This document shows positions 1 through 9,332 of a stretch of 64,000 nt of DNA, in pieces. Position numbers and translations under genes: made by a program. The notes below the pieces were generated by a model. That model was not told the DNA's origin. It worked only from the letters and a program-made list of their open reading frames with translations, and made no database searches. Numbering within the stretch: position 1 is the first letter of the stretch; each line of letters begins with the position of its first letter. Source of the DNA: an uncultured Planctomycetaceae bacterium (GTDB lineage Bacteria > Planctomycetota > Phycisphaerae > SM23-33); NCBI GenBank assembly GCA_964472875.1, contig CAYYMD010000006.1:6236-70235 (forward strand), read 5' to 3'.

Positions 1-694
1 CCACCTCGCTGACGCCTTCCACGGCCGTCAGTTCGTATCTCAGGTACCAGTCCTGTAAGCCGCGCAAATCCGCCAAATCCTGATCGGACCCCACCAGTTT
101 TTCCCCGTCCAAGGGACAGCTGTCGCGCCGGTCGAACACGCGGTGGTGTTCGAGTCGCCGTCGGACTGTATCATCCGCATCGGACTTTTCGGCGTACCAC
201 TTTTCCGTCTGCGGATCGCGCCACAGGCCCTTTGGGTGGTCTGGACAGTACTTTCCCGTCGTGAGGATATACTGGTAAATCCATCCCACGGCGGTGGCGT
301 CGGGGCCAAGTTGTGGCGTTACGCCTTCGGGCAGGCGGCCGGAGACGGTGCTGAGTTGCTCGAGCACGCGGCTGCGGGCCCAGTACATGTCCGTCCCATC
401 CTCGAATATGATATAAACGAAACTGGCTCCGAACATGCTGTAGCCGCGGACAACCCGGGCCTGGGGCACCGCCAGCATAGCGGTGGTAAGCGGGTAGGTG
501 ACTTGGTCTTCCACAATCTGCGGGGCCTGTCCGGAAAAGTCGGTGCGGATAACCACCTGCACGTCCGACAGGTCCGGAATGGCGTCAATAGTGATGTTCC
601 GCGCCGCCCAGATTCCGCCGGTGATAAGTATTGCCGCCAGCACCAGGACCATAGCGCGGTTGTGGACGCACCAATGAATGAGGCGTGCAATCAT
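1..694 (-). CDS. cusA: Heavy-metal efflux RND permease, CusA/CzcA family (N-terminal ~231 codons; gene continues past left edge)
   Basis: Absent from the ORF track because no stop lies in the window. Own reverse-strand translation from the ATG at 692-694 gives [74 protein letters not shown]..., a typical HME-RND N-terminus. It starts 1 nt after the cusB stop. Confidence 0.85.
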   Translation of the reverse strand, partial: MIARLIHWCVHNRAMVLVLAAILITGGIWAARNITIDAIPDLSDVQVVIRTDFSGQAPQIVEDQVTYPLTTAMLAVPQARVVRGYSMFGASFVYIIFEDGTDMYWARSRVLEQLSTVSGRLPEGVTPQLGPDATAVGWIYQYILTTGKYCPDHPKGLWRDPQTEKWYAEKSDADDTVRRRLEHHRVFDRRDSCPLDGEKLVGSDQDLADLRGLQDWYLRYELTAVEGVSEV

Positions 695-695
695 T

Positions 696-2591
696 TCAGC
701 GAATCGCCTCCCCCGGCGCCGTGGCCGGTCGTGTTTCTGCGCCATCCGCGGCCGGCAGAGCATAACGCTCGTCGTAACATTGGAGCATCCTGCTGCCGTA
801 GTACGGGTTGCGAACGTCTCCGACCGGCTGCATCCATACCGTGCCGCCCTGACCCTGACGGTACATAGGACAGTGCAACACGTTCACCTCCCCAATACCG
901 GCGGGAACGCCGGTGGTTTTGAGCAGTTTCACCAGAGAAGTGCTCAAGTCCGCAAAATTCAGACGAGCTTCGTCCAGTTTCTTCACTTCGGCCAGTTTCA
1001 GCGCCGCCTCTCTCGCCGTGGCCGCTTCTGTATGCCGGGACCAGAAATCCTCATCTGTGGGAATATCCTGCTCAATGAGTGCGGCCATCGATTCAGCAAG
1101 TTTGTCGGCCTTCTCGGGTATGCTTTCGGTCGAATCTTTCGCCAGAGCAGTTTGTATCTCGAAATACCGGTCGAGAATCTTACTAAGCAACTCTTTGGCC
1201 TGTGTGGGCAACCCGGCCGTTTCTCCCTTGTCGGCGACTTCAGCCGAGACGGTTTTTTTGTAAGCGAGATCTTCGCCGATCATCTTTGCCAGCGCCTCGC
1301 GGAGTTTGGCCTCGCTGTCGATGAGGAACTGCCCGGATGTGACCACCTGCTCGCCGGGCTTCAGGCCGTCAATAACCTGTAACATGTTTTCGCCGACCTC
1401 AACGCCAAGTTTTACGTCCCGCGGTTCGAACCGGCCGCGCCCCTTCCACACGAACGCCACCTGGCGCTCGCCCGTATCGATGACGGCCGAGCGCGGCACA
1501 AGCGTTCGCCGCTTCGCCAGCGTGCTTTCCAGCATAACTTCGGCGAACATGCCCGGCTTGAGAAGGCCGCCGGGGTTTTGGAACTCCAGGCGGACCTGCA
1601 CCTCCCTGGTCTTGTTGTCCAGGTACGGATATATGTAAACTACTTTTCCTTCGAACTGGTTGCCGGGCAGGTAAGGTAGCGACATTACCGCCTTCTGCCC
1701 CTGCGATACGTAAGGCAACTGGTACTCATACAGCGTCACCATCACCCACACCGTGGACAGGTCTGCAATCTGGAATACGCGCATGCCCGGGTCGACCTTC
1801 ATGCCTTCGCGGGCGTGCTTATTTATCACCACACCCTTGTAAGGGCTGTGTATCGCTATTGTTTTGGAGGGCTTGCCCGCCTCTCGCAGGGCCTTTATCT
1901 GCTCGTCGGTGATGTCGAAATATTCAAGTCGCGTCCGCGCGGCCTTGAGAAGGTCCATTTGCCCCTCCTGTCGCGTGTCTTTTTCACGGCTGCGACGGTT
2001 CCGCCAGGCCAGCAGGTATTCCTCCTGTGCGGCGTAAAGTTGCGGCGAGTACAACTCGAACAGCGCCTCCCCGGCCTCCACCGGCGCGCCTATGTAGTCT
2101 ACATTGAGTTTCTCAATCCATCCGGAGACCTTGATGTTGATGTCTCGCACGGTGGTTTCGTTGTAATCGACAGAACCGACGGTCCGTATCTTCTTGGTCA
2201 GCGGACCTTTCGTGACCGGCTCCACACGAACTCCCATGTTCTGCACCACTACCGGGTCGATATCAATCCGGCCGGTGAATTTCTCCGGATCCAGGGGCGT
2301 AAGTTTCATTTGGCAGATGGGACAGTTACCCGGCTCCGGCAATACCACCCACGGATGCATTCCGCAGGTGTAATATTGCAGTTGCTCCTGGTCGCCGGTC
2401 TCGGCGGCCTCCGGTGGCTGTTGCAGGCCAACACGCACCATGATTTTGTTGAAACCGCTTTTTATCTGTCGGCCGTATATGCTTCCCGTAACCACGCCAC
2501 CGGCCGCAATCACCAGGATAATAACCGTCAGTGATAGTTTTTGCGGCCACTTACGCTGCCGTTGCGGATTTGTCTGCCTTTTATCATTCAT
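696..2591 (-). CDS. cusB: Efflux RND periplasmic adaptor (CusB-like) with N-terminal heavy-metal-binding Cys motif and C-terminal DUF3347-like domain
   Basis: ORF 696..2654. Motifs [10 protein letters not shown]...CPICQMKL, a barrel-sandwich/beta-barrel region and a C-terminal HCPMY. Start moved to the ATG at 2591 (MNDKRQ), 4 nt after the cusC stop; the longer form would overlap cusC. Confidence 0.85.
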   Translation of the reverse strand: MNDKRQTNPQRQRKWPQKLSLTVIILVIAAGGVVTGSIYGRQIKSGFNKIMVRVGLQQPPEAAETGDQEQLQYYTCGMHPWVVLPEPGNCPICQMKLTPLDPEKFTGRIDIDPVVVQNMGVRVEPVTKGPLTKKIRTVGSVDYNETTVRDINIKVSGWIEKLNVDYIGAPVEAGEALFELYSPQLYAAQEEYLLAWRNRRSREKDTRQEGQMDLLKAARTRLEYFDITDEQIKALREAGKPSKTIAIHSPYKGVVINKHAREGMKVDPGMRVFQIADLSTVWVMVTLYEYQLPYVSQGQKAVMSLPYLPGNQFEGKVVYIYPYLDNKTREVQVRLEFQNPGGLLKPGMFAEVMLESTLAKRRTLVPRSAVIDTGERQVAFVWKGRGRFEPRDVKLGVEVGENMLQVIDGLKPGEQVVTSGQFLIDSEAKLREALAKMIGEDLAYKKTVSAEVADKGETAGLPTQAKELLSKILDRYFEIQTALAKDSTESIPEKADKLAESMAALIEQDIPTDEDFWSRHTEAATAREAALKLAEVKKLDEARLNFADLSTSLVKLLKTTGVPAGIGEVNVLHCPMYRQGQGGTVWMQPVGDVRNPYYGSRMLQCYDERYALPAADGAETRPATAPGEAIR

Positions 2592-2595
2592 TGGT

Positions 2596-4032
2596 TTACT
2601 CTTGTTGCCCCTTAGGCGGCGCGCTTTTATTGTCCGCCTCATTAGGCGCTTCACGAAGCGCAGCCAGATTCGTTCCTATGGTCTGTTCAATAGCAGTGTA
2701 GTCCTGTTCAAGGCGGGCGACCGCGCGATGGTACATCAGTTCGAAATCCAGCAGTTTGCGCCAGTTTTCAAGCAGTGTCAGGAAGTCCTCCCTTCCGCTG
2801 CGGTATTCGCTGGTGGCGACTTCGAGGGCCTGTGACGTTTCGGGGATTATGGAGTCGCGGAACATCCGGGCCTGCTGAAGGTCGCTGCGGGCCTTGAGGA
2901 CCGCATCCTGTATGCGAAAAGCCACGCGGTTACGCATCTGGGCCAGTTCTTCGGCCATTTCGAATTGTCCGCGGCGGGCCTCGCGCTCGGCGGCGTCGAG
3001 TTTGTCCACCCACACGGGCATGTTAAAGCCCAGGCCAAGCCACCACTGGTCGCTTCCGTCGGCCGAGGGCGCCAGCCCGCTGTCGTCGACGGCGTTGTAG
3101 TGGGCGTTCAACGTAACATCCGGCCAGCGTTCCAGCCGCGCCAGTTTCTCACGCAGTCTATACTGCTCCAGGCGCTTTCGCAGAGATTCGAGCTGCGGAT
3201 TCATCCGCTCGGCTATCGCCATAAGGGTATCGGTTTGCAGTTCGATGTCCCGGATGGGTATTTTCGCCGGCTCGCCCAGCGGCGCATCGGCGCGCCTGTC
3301 CATGAGACGGTTCAGCATCGCACTGGCGCTGTCTTTTTGCTGCTGCAGCTCGGTCAGTTCGTTATCGAGATTGCCCAGCGCCACCGATGCTCGCAGAACA
3401 TCCTGCTGGCTGACCGTCCCCGATTCGTACTTGGCGGTGGCGATACGGCGGATATCCCGAATCAGGTCCCTGCTGCTGCGGATGACTTCGATGCCCCGCG
3501 CCGCGGCGTAATAGTTCCAGTATGCCCTGCGGACGTCGGCTTCGACACGAAGGCGCCTGCGGGTCAATTCCTGTCGCGCCACGGCCACGTCCTGCTCGGC
3601 TATCTGCCCGCGCGTGCTGAGTTTGCCGGGAGTGGGTAAGTGCTGCGATATACCCATCATGGTGTCGACCTGCCCGGCCGCCGTCTCGGCCATCTCGCCA
3701 ACCGCCGCTACGTTAAACATGGGGTCCCTCAGCGAGGTAACCTGCGGTATGCGCTGCTTCAATCGGCGGATTCGCTGGTGTGCCGACTTTATACCGGGAT
3801 TGCGCCGCAGAGCAAGTTGCACGTAGTCTTCTACAGAAGCATTTTCGGGAATCTCCAGAGCCGGTCGGGTCGCAGGTCGCGTGGCCGGCTGAGGTTCCAT
3901 TTTATCCGCAGCATCCTTGTAACGGCTCATGCTGGATGAAGTCAGTTCGTCATCAGGACCGTTGCCGTATCCGCAACCACCCGCAGCCATCGCCGCGACA
4001 ATCACCGAGTACAATACAGTTCGTATGTTCAT
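2596..4032 (-). CDS. cusC: TolC-family outer-membrane efflux lipoprotein (CusC-like)
   Basis: ORF 2596..4128. Two TolC-type coiled-coil repeats. Start chosen at M33 (MNIRTVLYSVIVAAMAAGGCG, a lipobox), which clears the upstream cysH stop at 4074. Confidence 0.8.
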   Translation of the reverse strand: MNIRTVLYSVIVAAMAAGGCGYGNGPDDELTSSSMSRYKDAADKMEPQPATRPATRPALEIPENASVEDYVQLALRRNPGIKSAHQRIRRLKQRIPQVTSLRDPMFNVAAVGEMAETAAGQVDTMMGISQHLPTPGKLSTRGQIAEQDVAVARQELTRRRLRVEADVRRAYWNYYAAARGIEVIRSSRDLIRDIRRIATAKYESGTVSQQDVLRASVALGNLDNELTELQQQKDSASAMLNRLMDRRADAPLGEPAKIPIRDIELQTDTLMAIAERMNPQLESLRKRLEQYRLREKLARLERWPDVTLNAHYNAVDDSGLAPSADGSDQWWLGLGFNMPVWVDKLDAAEREARRGQFEMAEELAQMRNRVAFRIQDAVLKARSDLQQARMFRDSIIPETSQALEVATSEYRSGREDFLTLLENWRKLLDFELMYHRAVARLEQDYTAIEQTIGTNLAALREAPNEADNKSAPPKGQQE

Positions 4033-4073
4033 ATCGCCCTTCGCCTGTTCACTGATGCCTGTCGCCTGCATTT

Positions 4074-4808
4074 TTATATGCCGCTTCCATTTGAATGCAA
4101 TCCGCATTCTTTCTTGCCCTGCTCCCACGGAAACTTGCCCGACCGCTGCGGGAAGTCTTCCTTAACCGGCACATGGCAGCAATGGCAGCCGATTACAGTA
4201 TACCGCTCTCCGTACGGCGAACGGTAATCATACAATTCATTATACGGCAGGTCCTTGCGGCGCGTATACAGTTCGATGTCTTCAGCTGTCCAGTCCAGCA
4301 TGGGATTCAGCTTCAGGATTTTGCGGCCGGTTTCATCAGCGGTCCAGTGTGCCTTGCGCGCGGTCTTGTCGCGGTGCTCGGACTGGTCCTTCCTGAGCCC
4401 GGATATCCATACATCCGTAGTGGCCAGGGCGCGCTGTAGCGGTCTGAACTTGCGGACGCGGCAGCACAGTTCCCGCGCGAAAAAATGCGCGTATTGCCCG
4501 ACGGACCTGCGGAGTTTTTCCACGTCGCCCGGGTTGGGGCAATGTCGCTCGATGCTGATGCCGTACCGGCTCTCGACCCGCTCGAGCAATTCGTAAGTCT
4601 CCTTGTGGTTCATCAGCGTATCCACGAAGAACACCCGATAGTCGACATTGAGGCGGCTGGCCAAGTCTATCATCACCACGCCGGTTTTTTGCAGACTGGT
4701 GCCGATGGCCGCCCGAGGCGCGAACCGCTCAAAGGCGTACTTGAGCAATTGCTCGGCGCCGAGGTTGTTAAGTTCGGCCAAGTTTATATCAGTCTGCGTG
4801 CGGGTCAT
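4074..4808 (-). CDS. cysH: Adenylylsulfate/phosphoadenylylsulfate reductase, thioredoxin-dependent (CysH family, Fe-S-type Cys pairs)
   Basis: ORF 4074..4838. PAPS_reduct fold, C-terminal ECGLH motif, plus CC (ELCCRVRKFRPL) and CHCC motifs as in APS-type enzymes. The ATG at 4808 overlaps the upstream gene by 20 nt. Confidence 0.85.
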   Translation of the reverse strand: MTRTQTDINLAELNNLGAEQLLKYAFERFAPRAAIGTSLQKTGVVMIDLASRLNVDYRVFFVDTLMNHKETYELLERVESRYGISIERHCPNPGDVEKLRRSVGQYAHFFARELCCRVRKFRPLQRALATTDVWISGLRKDQSEHRDKTARKAHWTADETGRKILKLNPMLDWTAEDIELYTRRKDLPYNELYDYRSPYGERYTVIGCHCCHVPVKEDFPQRSGKFPWEQGKKECGLHSNGSGI

Positions 4809-6183
4809 TGTTGTTGGCCTGCGAATCAGTCCGGTCAACGATTGTCCTTATCATTTTAGGCAGGTCTTCGACGGCCGCGCCGCACGAGTATAGTTCGGCC
4901 AGTTTCGGCGTCCGCCCCATCTCGCCGCCGGTGTAGACGTCGAATGCCTCGTGTTTTTGGCCGTCGCGCTTCACCATCCGCCCGGTCAGTCCCACATCCG
5001 CCACACGCGAGTGCGCACAGCCGTTGGGGCAACCGGAAATGCATACAGTCATATCCGGGCGGTCCACGCCGACAAGTGCCTGGCGGATTCTGTCGGCTGC
5101 GTCCCGTGTGTGCGCGATAGCTATTTTGCAGTAATCTTTTCCAGGACACGCCACCACCGCAGGCCGCCTGTCATCTACCGACATATCTTCCCCATCCGCC
5201 GCCAGACCGGCCAGTTGTTGCTTGGACTTTCCGAACAGGACTACCCTGTGCTGATTGGCAATGCGAACACACACGTCGTCGCGTTCGGCCAGTTCGCCGA
5301 GAGACTCGGTCGCATCTGCCGAAACGTCGCCGTTGGCGAAGTTCAGCACGAGGCGATGCGGCAAATCCACACGCGCCTCGGGCACAGGCAGTTCGCCCCA
5401 TCCGCCGCCGTCTTTGGCTTTTTTGAAATAATTCATCAACATTGCGGTGAATTTTTCGTCGCCCATCCTCTGGCGGACGTGGCGGAAGCGCGCCCGTCGC
5501 CGGTTCTCGCGGTCGCCATGTTCTTCGAACATATGTACCGCGGCCGATACAAGCGGCAGCACATCCCCCGGCGCAAGCCACTCGAACAGCGTAATGCCCG
5601 TAGCCGGTCGGGCGCCCAGCGAACCGGCGCCGGCCACAAAAAATCCCCAACGCCCATCTTTTTTGCTCGCGACGAATCCCAGGTCATTTATCCATGGCTG
5701 GCCACATCCATGACTGCACGCCAGAGCAATTTTAAACTTTCGCGGCAGATCGTATATGCCGTCGATGGCACGGAGCAGTTTTGTGATTTCCTTCACCGCC
5801 GGTAAAAGTTTCACGCTGTCTTTGCGGGCGCCCGCGCACGGGCAAACGGTTATGTTGCGGAACGTATCTCCGCACGCCCCGATGCTGGTCAGCCCCAAAT
5901 CGGCGATACCCTTCTGAACTTTCGGCACCTGCTGCGGCGTTACGTCGTGGAGTTCAATCTCCTGGCGTGTAGTGAGGTGCAGAGGCGTCTTGGGCGTATG
6001 CGCACGGACCAACTCCGCCAGGCCTCGCCATTGCTCCCCCGACAATATGCCTGCGGGTACGCGAATTCTCTGCATCCACAAATTCTCCTGTAACTGAGGA
6101 TATAAACCTACCAAAAGCGCCAAGGACTTCCGCTTGGGGACCGCTTTTGCGGGAAACTCGATGTTTATGCTGGAATGCGACAT
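4789..6183 (-). CDS. Assimilatory sulfite (nitrite/sulfite) reductase hemoprotein, siroheme/4Fe-4S type
   Basis: 464-aa ORF. Cluster/siroheme Cys motifs CPGKDYCKIA and CISGCPNGCAHS. Duplicated NIR_SIR ferredoxin-like halves. Sits next to cysH. Confidence 0.8.
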   Translation of the reverse strand: MSHSSINIEFPAKAVPKRKSLALLVGLYPQLQENLWMQRIRVPAGILSGEQWRGLAELVRAHTPKTPLHLTTRQEIELHDVTPQQVPKVQKGIADLGLTSIGACGDTFRNITVCPCAGARKDSVKLLPAVKEITKLLRAIDGIYDLPRKFKIALACSHGCGQPWINDLGFVASKKDGRWGFFVAGAGSLGARPATGITLFEWLAPGDVLPLVSAAVHMFEEHGDRENRRRARFRHVRQRMGDEKFTAMLMNYFKKAKDGGGWGELPVPEARVDLPHRLVLNFANGDVSADATESLGELAERDDVCVRIANQHRVVLFGKSKQQLAGLAADGEDMSVDDRRPAVVACPGKDYCKIAIAHTRDAADRIRQALVGVDRPDMTVCISGCPNGCAHSRVADVGLTGRMVKRDGQKHEAFDVYTGGEMGRTPKLAELYSCGAAVEDLPKMIRTIVDRTDSQANNNDPHAD

Positions 6184-6231
6184 TGTTAATCCGATTTTCC
6201 GGTGTGCCGTGGCTGCCGTTGGGGTATGGAA

Positions 6232-6684
6232 TTATATACAGTAGTTAATCGCCTGCTCTTGCCGGCGGCGGCTGTCCTGCTCAACGAGATCCGCAAAAGT
6301 AGTGCTGTCGTAAACGCCGGCAACGGCCCGCTCGGCCTTTTCCCACATGGGAGCAAATGCGCACTGGCCCTGAAGCGGGCACTGCCTGCCGTCGTGTCCG
6401 GCGATACATCGGACCGGCGCAAGCGGCCCCTCTATAAAGCGAATCACCTCGCCCAGCGTAAGCGTCTGCGGCTCGACCGCCAGTAAATACCCCCCATGAA
6501 TCCCGCGGTAGGACTCCATCCAGCCGGTCTGCTTCAGTTGGCCTAGAATAAGTTCCAGAAAACGGGGCGGTATCGCCTGCGCATCGGCGATATCTGCTAT
6601 AGCTACCGGGCTTTGCCCATAATTCCTGGCCAGTTCAAATAATGCCCGCAAGGCGTATTGGCAACGTTGTGAGATATTTACCAT
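6232..6684 (-). CDS. Rrf2-family transcriptional regulator with three C-terminal Cys (Fe-S sensing type, IscR/NsrR-like)
   Basis: ORF 6232..6747. MVNISQRCQYALRALFELARNYG...IPPRFLELILGQLKQTGW is a winged-helix Rrf2 signature. Contains C-x8-C-x5-C (RCIAGHDGRQCPLQGQC). Start at the ATG at 6684 with GGAGAA 7 nt upstream; the track start is a TTG inside the promoter palindrome. Confidence 0.85.
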   Translation of the reverse strand: MVNISQRCQYALRALFELARNYGQSPVAIADIADAQAIPPRFLELILGQLKQTGWMESYRGIHGGYLLAVEPQTLTLGEVIRFIEGPLAPVRCIAGHDGRQCPLQGQCAFAPMWEKAERAVAGVYDSTTFADLVEQDSRRRQEQAINYCI

Positions 6685-6713
6685 AAATTTTCTCCAATAC
6701 CCTACTGTATCGA

Positions 6714-6747
6714 TTGACATTATATGGTTACCTGTATATAATGTCAA
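6714..6747. promoter_or_regulatory. 34-bp near-perfect palindrome carrying exact sigma70-consensus promoters on both strands; candidate Rrf2 operator
   Basis: TTGACATTATATGGTTACCTGTATATAATGTCAA. Plus strand: -35 TTGACA at 6714-6719, 17-nt spacer, -10 TATAAT at 6737-6742. Minus strand: -35 at 6747-6742, 17-nt spacer, -10 at 6724-6719. The arms are 12/13 complementary. Confidence 0.6.
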
Positions 6748-6828
6748 CCGTCAGTTGCAGCTGAACAAGTAGTTTGTTGAGAAATCTAGACAGAAAACAG
6801 TATTTAAGTACTTGTCTTGTAGGATATT

Positions 6829-7737
6829 ATGATTGATAAGCGAATTACCACTGAGCGTAACAGTCGCCAAATCCGGCTTGAAAATTCGTTATTGACGAAA
6901 AAACTGGAAACCTGTCGCCGTATTTTAAAACGGCTCAGCAGGGTTGCCGTGGCATTTTCCGGCGGTGTGGACAGCACATTTCTGCTGGCCCTTGCGGCCG
7001 ACACCCTCGGCCCGCAAAACGTCCTGGCGATAGTGGGGATATCTGCGAGTTTGCCCGGACGCGAATTGAAAGGCGCAAGGTCGATTGGCCGCCAACTCGG
7101 CGTGGAAGTAATCGAAGCACATACAGATGAAATAAACAGGCCACAGTATTCGGCCAACAATCCCGACAGGTGTTATCATTGCAAGGCGGAACTTTTCTGC
7201 AAGATGCGCCAGCAAGCGCAGCGACGGGGCTTTGATGCGATTGTCACAGGCGCCAACTCCGATGACGCGGGCGATTATCGCCCCGGCCTGCGGGCAGGCG
7301 AGGATTTTGGCGCCCGCAGCCCCCTTCTGGAAGCAGGACTGACTAAAAATGAAATCAGGGAAATATCCCGCCGCATGGAGCTGCCGACGGCCGGGAAGCC
7401 CGCCTCTGCCTGTCTGGCCAGCAGGATTCCCTACGGCCGCGCCATAACCGAGGAAAATCTGCACAGCGTTGAGCGGGCCGAGGACGCTCTGCTGCATCTT
7501 GGCTTTATCCAGTGCCGCGTGCGACACCACGGCACAATCGCCAGAATAGAGGTTCCTGCGGACCGGTTCCCCGAAGTTGTTGCCTCGCGCGAGGCAATAA
7601 TTCAAGCGATTAAAGCAGCCGGATACTCCTACGTAACACTCGATTTGCAGGGCTTCCGCAGCGGCTCTATGAACGAAGTGCTGGCAAACACCTCACATCG
7701 TCAAAATTACACCAGAGCGAAAAAGGATAAATCGTAA
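6829..7737 (+). CDS. larE: LarE-like PP-loop ATP-dependent sulfur transferase (TIGR00268-type), three-Cys variant
   Basis: 302-aa ORF. PP-loop [12 protein letters not shown]. Cys115/Cys118 (CYHC) plus Cys195 in [15 protein letters not shown] precedes the ATG. Confidence 0.75.
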   Translation: MIDKRITTERNSRQIRLENSLLTKKLETCRRILKRLSRVAVAFSGGVDSTFLLALAADTLGPQNVLAIVGISASLPGRELKGARSIGRQLGVEVIEAHTDEINRPQYSANNPDRCYHCKAELFCKMRQQAQRRGFDAIVTGANSDDAGDYRPGLRAGEDFGARSPLLEAGLTKNEIREISRRMELPTAGKPASACLASRIPYGRAITEENLHSVERAEDALLHLGFIQCRVRHHGTIARIEVPADRFPEVVASREAIIQAIKAAGYSYVTLDLQGFRSGSMNEVLANTSHRQNYTRAKKDKS

Positions 7738-7835
7738 CAGCGTATGACTCGGCGCGCGAGGGACACCCCGATATATCGCACGGCCGATGTCGTATAACAG
7801 CCGTAAGTTTTATAACCATAGAGAAGGAGACAGAC

Positions 7836-8681
7836 ATGACGGATGCAAGCAGAACATTTGAGCCGGTTGCGGAAAAGGACGTTACCCGCGCCATCGTCGG
7901 TGAGTTTGCCGAGCAGTTCCAGGATTACGCCGACAGCGACGTAGTCATCGTCGGTGCCGGTCCCAGCGGCCTTATTTGCGGCAGGGACCTCGCTGCGGCG
8001 GGCGTGAAGGTGCTCATCGTCGAGCGCAACAATTACCTGGGCGGCGGATTCTGGATCGGCGGGTACCTGATGAACAAGGTTACCGTCCGCGCCCCCGCCC
8101 ACAAGCAACTGGACGAACTTGGAGTTCCTTACAAAGCGGTGTCCCCCGGTCTTTACGTGGCTGACGGTCCGTACGCGTGCAGCAAATTAATCGCCGCCGC
8201 ATGCGATGCGGGCGTAAAGTTCGCCAACATGACGTCCATGGAAGATGTCATCGTCCGCGAGGATGGACGTCTGGCTGGCGTGGTGGTCAACTGGTCTCCC
8301 GTGGAGGCGCTGCCGCGGCAGATAACCTGCGCCGACCCGGTCTGCGTGGAATCGAAGGCGGTCGTGGATGCAACCGGACACGACGCCGTAGTGGCAAGCA
8401 CCCTGGCAGGTCACCAACTCATAGAAATGGCCCGTACCGGCCCCATGAGCGTGCAGCGGTCAGAGGACAAGGTAGTCGCCCAGACCGGCGAGATTCACCC
8501 CGGGCTGTTCGCCATAGGAATGGCGGTTTCGACGGTTCACGGACTTGCCAGAATGGGACCCACCTTTGGAGCCATGCTCCTGTCAGGGCAGCGCGGAGCA
8601 CAGTGTGTGCTGGATTTTCTGCAAAAGGGCCAAACGCAGACATATCAACGCCGAACTCCCGCCACAACGGTTGCCACATAA
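7836..8681 (+). CDS. thi4: Thiamine thiazole synthase, Thi4 family (Cys at the sulfur-donor position)
   Basis: 281-aa ORF. FAD/NAD fold [28 protein letters not shown] (Cys165, codon 8328-8330), [27 protein letters not shown]. Confidence 0.85.
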   Translation: MTDASRTFEPVAEKDVTRAIVGEFAEQFQDYADSDVVIVGAGPSGLICGRDLAAAGVKVLIVERNNYLGGGFWIGGYLMNKVTVRAPAHKQLDELGVPYKAVSPGLYVADGPYACSKLIAAACDAGVKFANMTSMEDVIVREDGRLAGVVVNWSPVEALPRQITCADPVCVESKAVVDATGHDAVVASTLAGHQLIEMARTGPMSVQRSEDKVVAQTGEIHPGLFAIGMAVSTVHGLARMGPTFGAMLLSGQRGAQCVLDFLQKGQTQTYQRRTPATTVAT

Positions 8682-8725
8682 ATCGTATGCCGTCCGGTTA
8701 ATCTTAAACAATGGATAATCATCAA

Positions 8726-8761
8726 GGAAATGGCCGTCTGAAAAGACGGGCGGCCATTTCC
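8726..8761 (+). terminator. GC-rich hairpin downstream of thi4 (no clear U-tract)
   Basis: GGAAATGGCCGTCTGAAAAGACGGGCGGCCATTTCC. An 11-bp outer stem plus an inner TCT/AGA stem with a GAAA loop, 45 nt after the thi4 stop. Confidence 0.35.
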
Positions 8762-8788
8762 TGACTCTCAAAAGGGCGAGTGACCGTC

Positions 8789-8817
8789 TTGACGCCGGGC
8801 AAGCCGGAGGATACATT
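8789..8817 (+). promoter_or_regulatory. Possible promoter upstream of tRNA-Arg
   Basis: TTGACG (8789-8794), 17-nt spacer, TACATT (8812-8817). It lies ~65 nt upstream of the mature tRNA 5' end. Confidence 0.3.
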
Positions 8818-8883
8818 TCTTTCAGCGTGTGTACGATATTGTGACACGTAAAAATAAACCAGCAGATTAACATTTGCATACTC

Positions 8884-8957
8884 ACGCCCGTAGCTCAACC
8901 GGACAGAGCAGCGGTCTTCTAAACCGCAGGTTCCAGGTTCGAGTCCTGGCGGGCGTG
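8884..8957 (+). tRNA. tRNA-Arg (anticodon UCU), CCA not encoded
   Basis: Folded by hand. Acceptor ACGCCCG/CGGGCGU. D-arm GCUC-AACCGGACA-GAGC. Anticodon arm GCGGU-CUUCUAA-ACCGC. Variable loop AGGUU. T-arm CCAGG-UUCGAGU-CCUGG. Discriminator G. Confidence 0.9.
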
Positions 8958-8972
8958 GTCCGAAGGGCCGGA

Positions 8973-9006
8973 GCGGGAAAAAATTTTTTTCTTATTTTTC
9001 TCCCGC
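8973..9006. terminator. A/T-flanked hairpin between the tRNA-Arg 3' end and the DUF167 gene 3' end (bidirectional terminator candidate)
   Basis: GCGGGAAAAAATTTTTTTTCTTATTTTTCTCCCGC. GCGGGA/TCCCGC ends enclose an A-run/T-run; it sits between convergent units. Confidence 0.4.
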
Positions 9007-9016
9007 AGTCCACTCT

Positions 9017-9328
9017 CTACTTTCTACTGTCTTTCAATCGCTGCCGGGCCGCACGCGATGAAAGATTATTGAAGCGGAATTTTTTACGGCCTCCGGCGTG
9101 GCCTGAGATAATTTCCACGTCGCGCTTGTCTATATTGAGGGCATCGGCAAGTATTTTCACCACTGCCTTGTTGGCCTTACCTTTCTCGGGCGGCGCGGAT
9201 GTTGCGACCTTGAGGCAGTCGCCCAGCACACCGGCCACCCTGTCGCGAGAGCCGCCGGGGACAACCTTTACCGATATCACCACCCCACCACTGTCATCGC
9301 AGATGTCAAGTTTATCGACGTTATCCAT
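9017..9328 (-). CDS. DUF167 (YggU/UPF0235) family protein
   Basis: ORF 9017..9358. VKVVPGGSRDRVAGVLGDCLKVATSAPPEKGKANKAVVKILADAL is a DUF167 signature. Start at the ATG at 9328, 4 nt after the leuD stop. Confidence 0.75.
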   Translation of the reverse strand: MDNVDKLDICDDSGGVVISVKVVPGGSRDRVAGVLGDCLKVATSAPPEKGKANKAVVKILADALNIDKRDVEIISGHAGGRKKFRFNNLSSRAARQRLKDSRK

Positions 9329-9332
9329 TGCT

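Noticed and set aside
143-868. ORFs 143..868 (+, 241 aa), 40..309 (-) and 319..690 (-) at the left edge
   Set aside because: They overlap the hand-translated cusA N-terminus, which has an unmistakable RND-permease sequence in another frame. Their Arg/Pro/Ala-rich composition is typical of shadow frames in GC-rich DNA.
7738-7835. TPP riboswitch expected upstream of thi4
   Set aside because: The 98-nt spacer lacks the conserved CUGAGA and ACCUGAUCUGGAUAAUGCCAGCG-type elements and has no obvious P1-P5 architecture.
8884-9016. tRNA-Arg as an integration hotspot or genomic-island boundary
   Set aside because: There is no integrase, no direct repeat of the tRNA 3' end, and no accessory genes downstream. 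The neighbours (DUF167, leuD, pyrF) are housekeeping genes.
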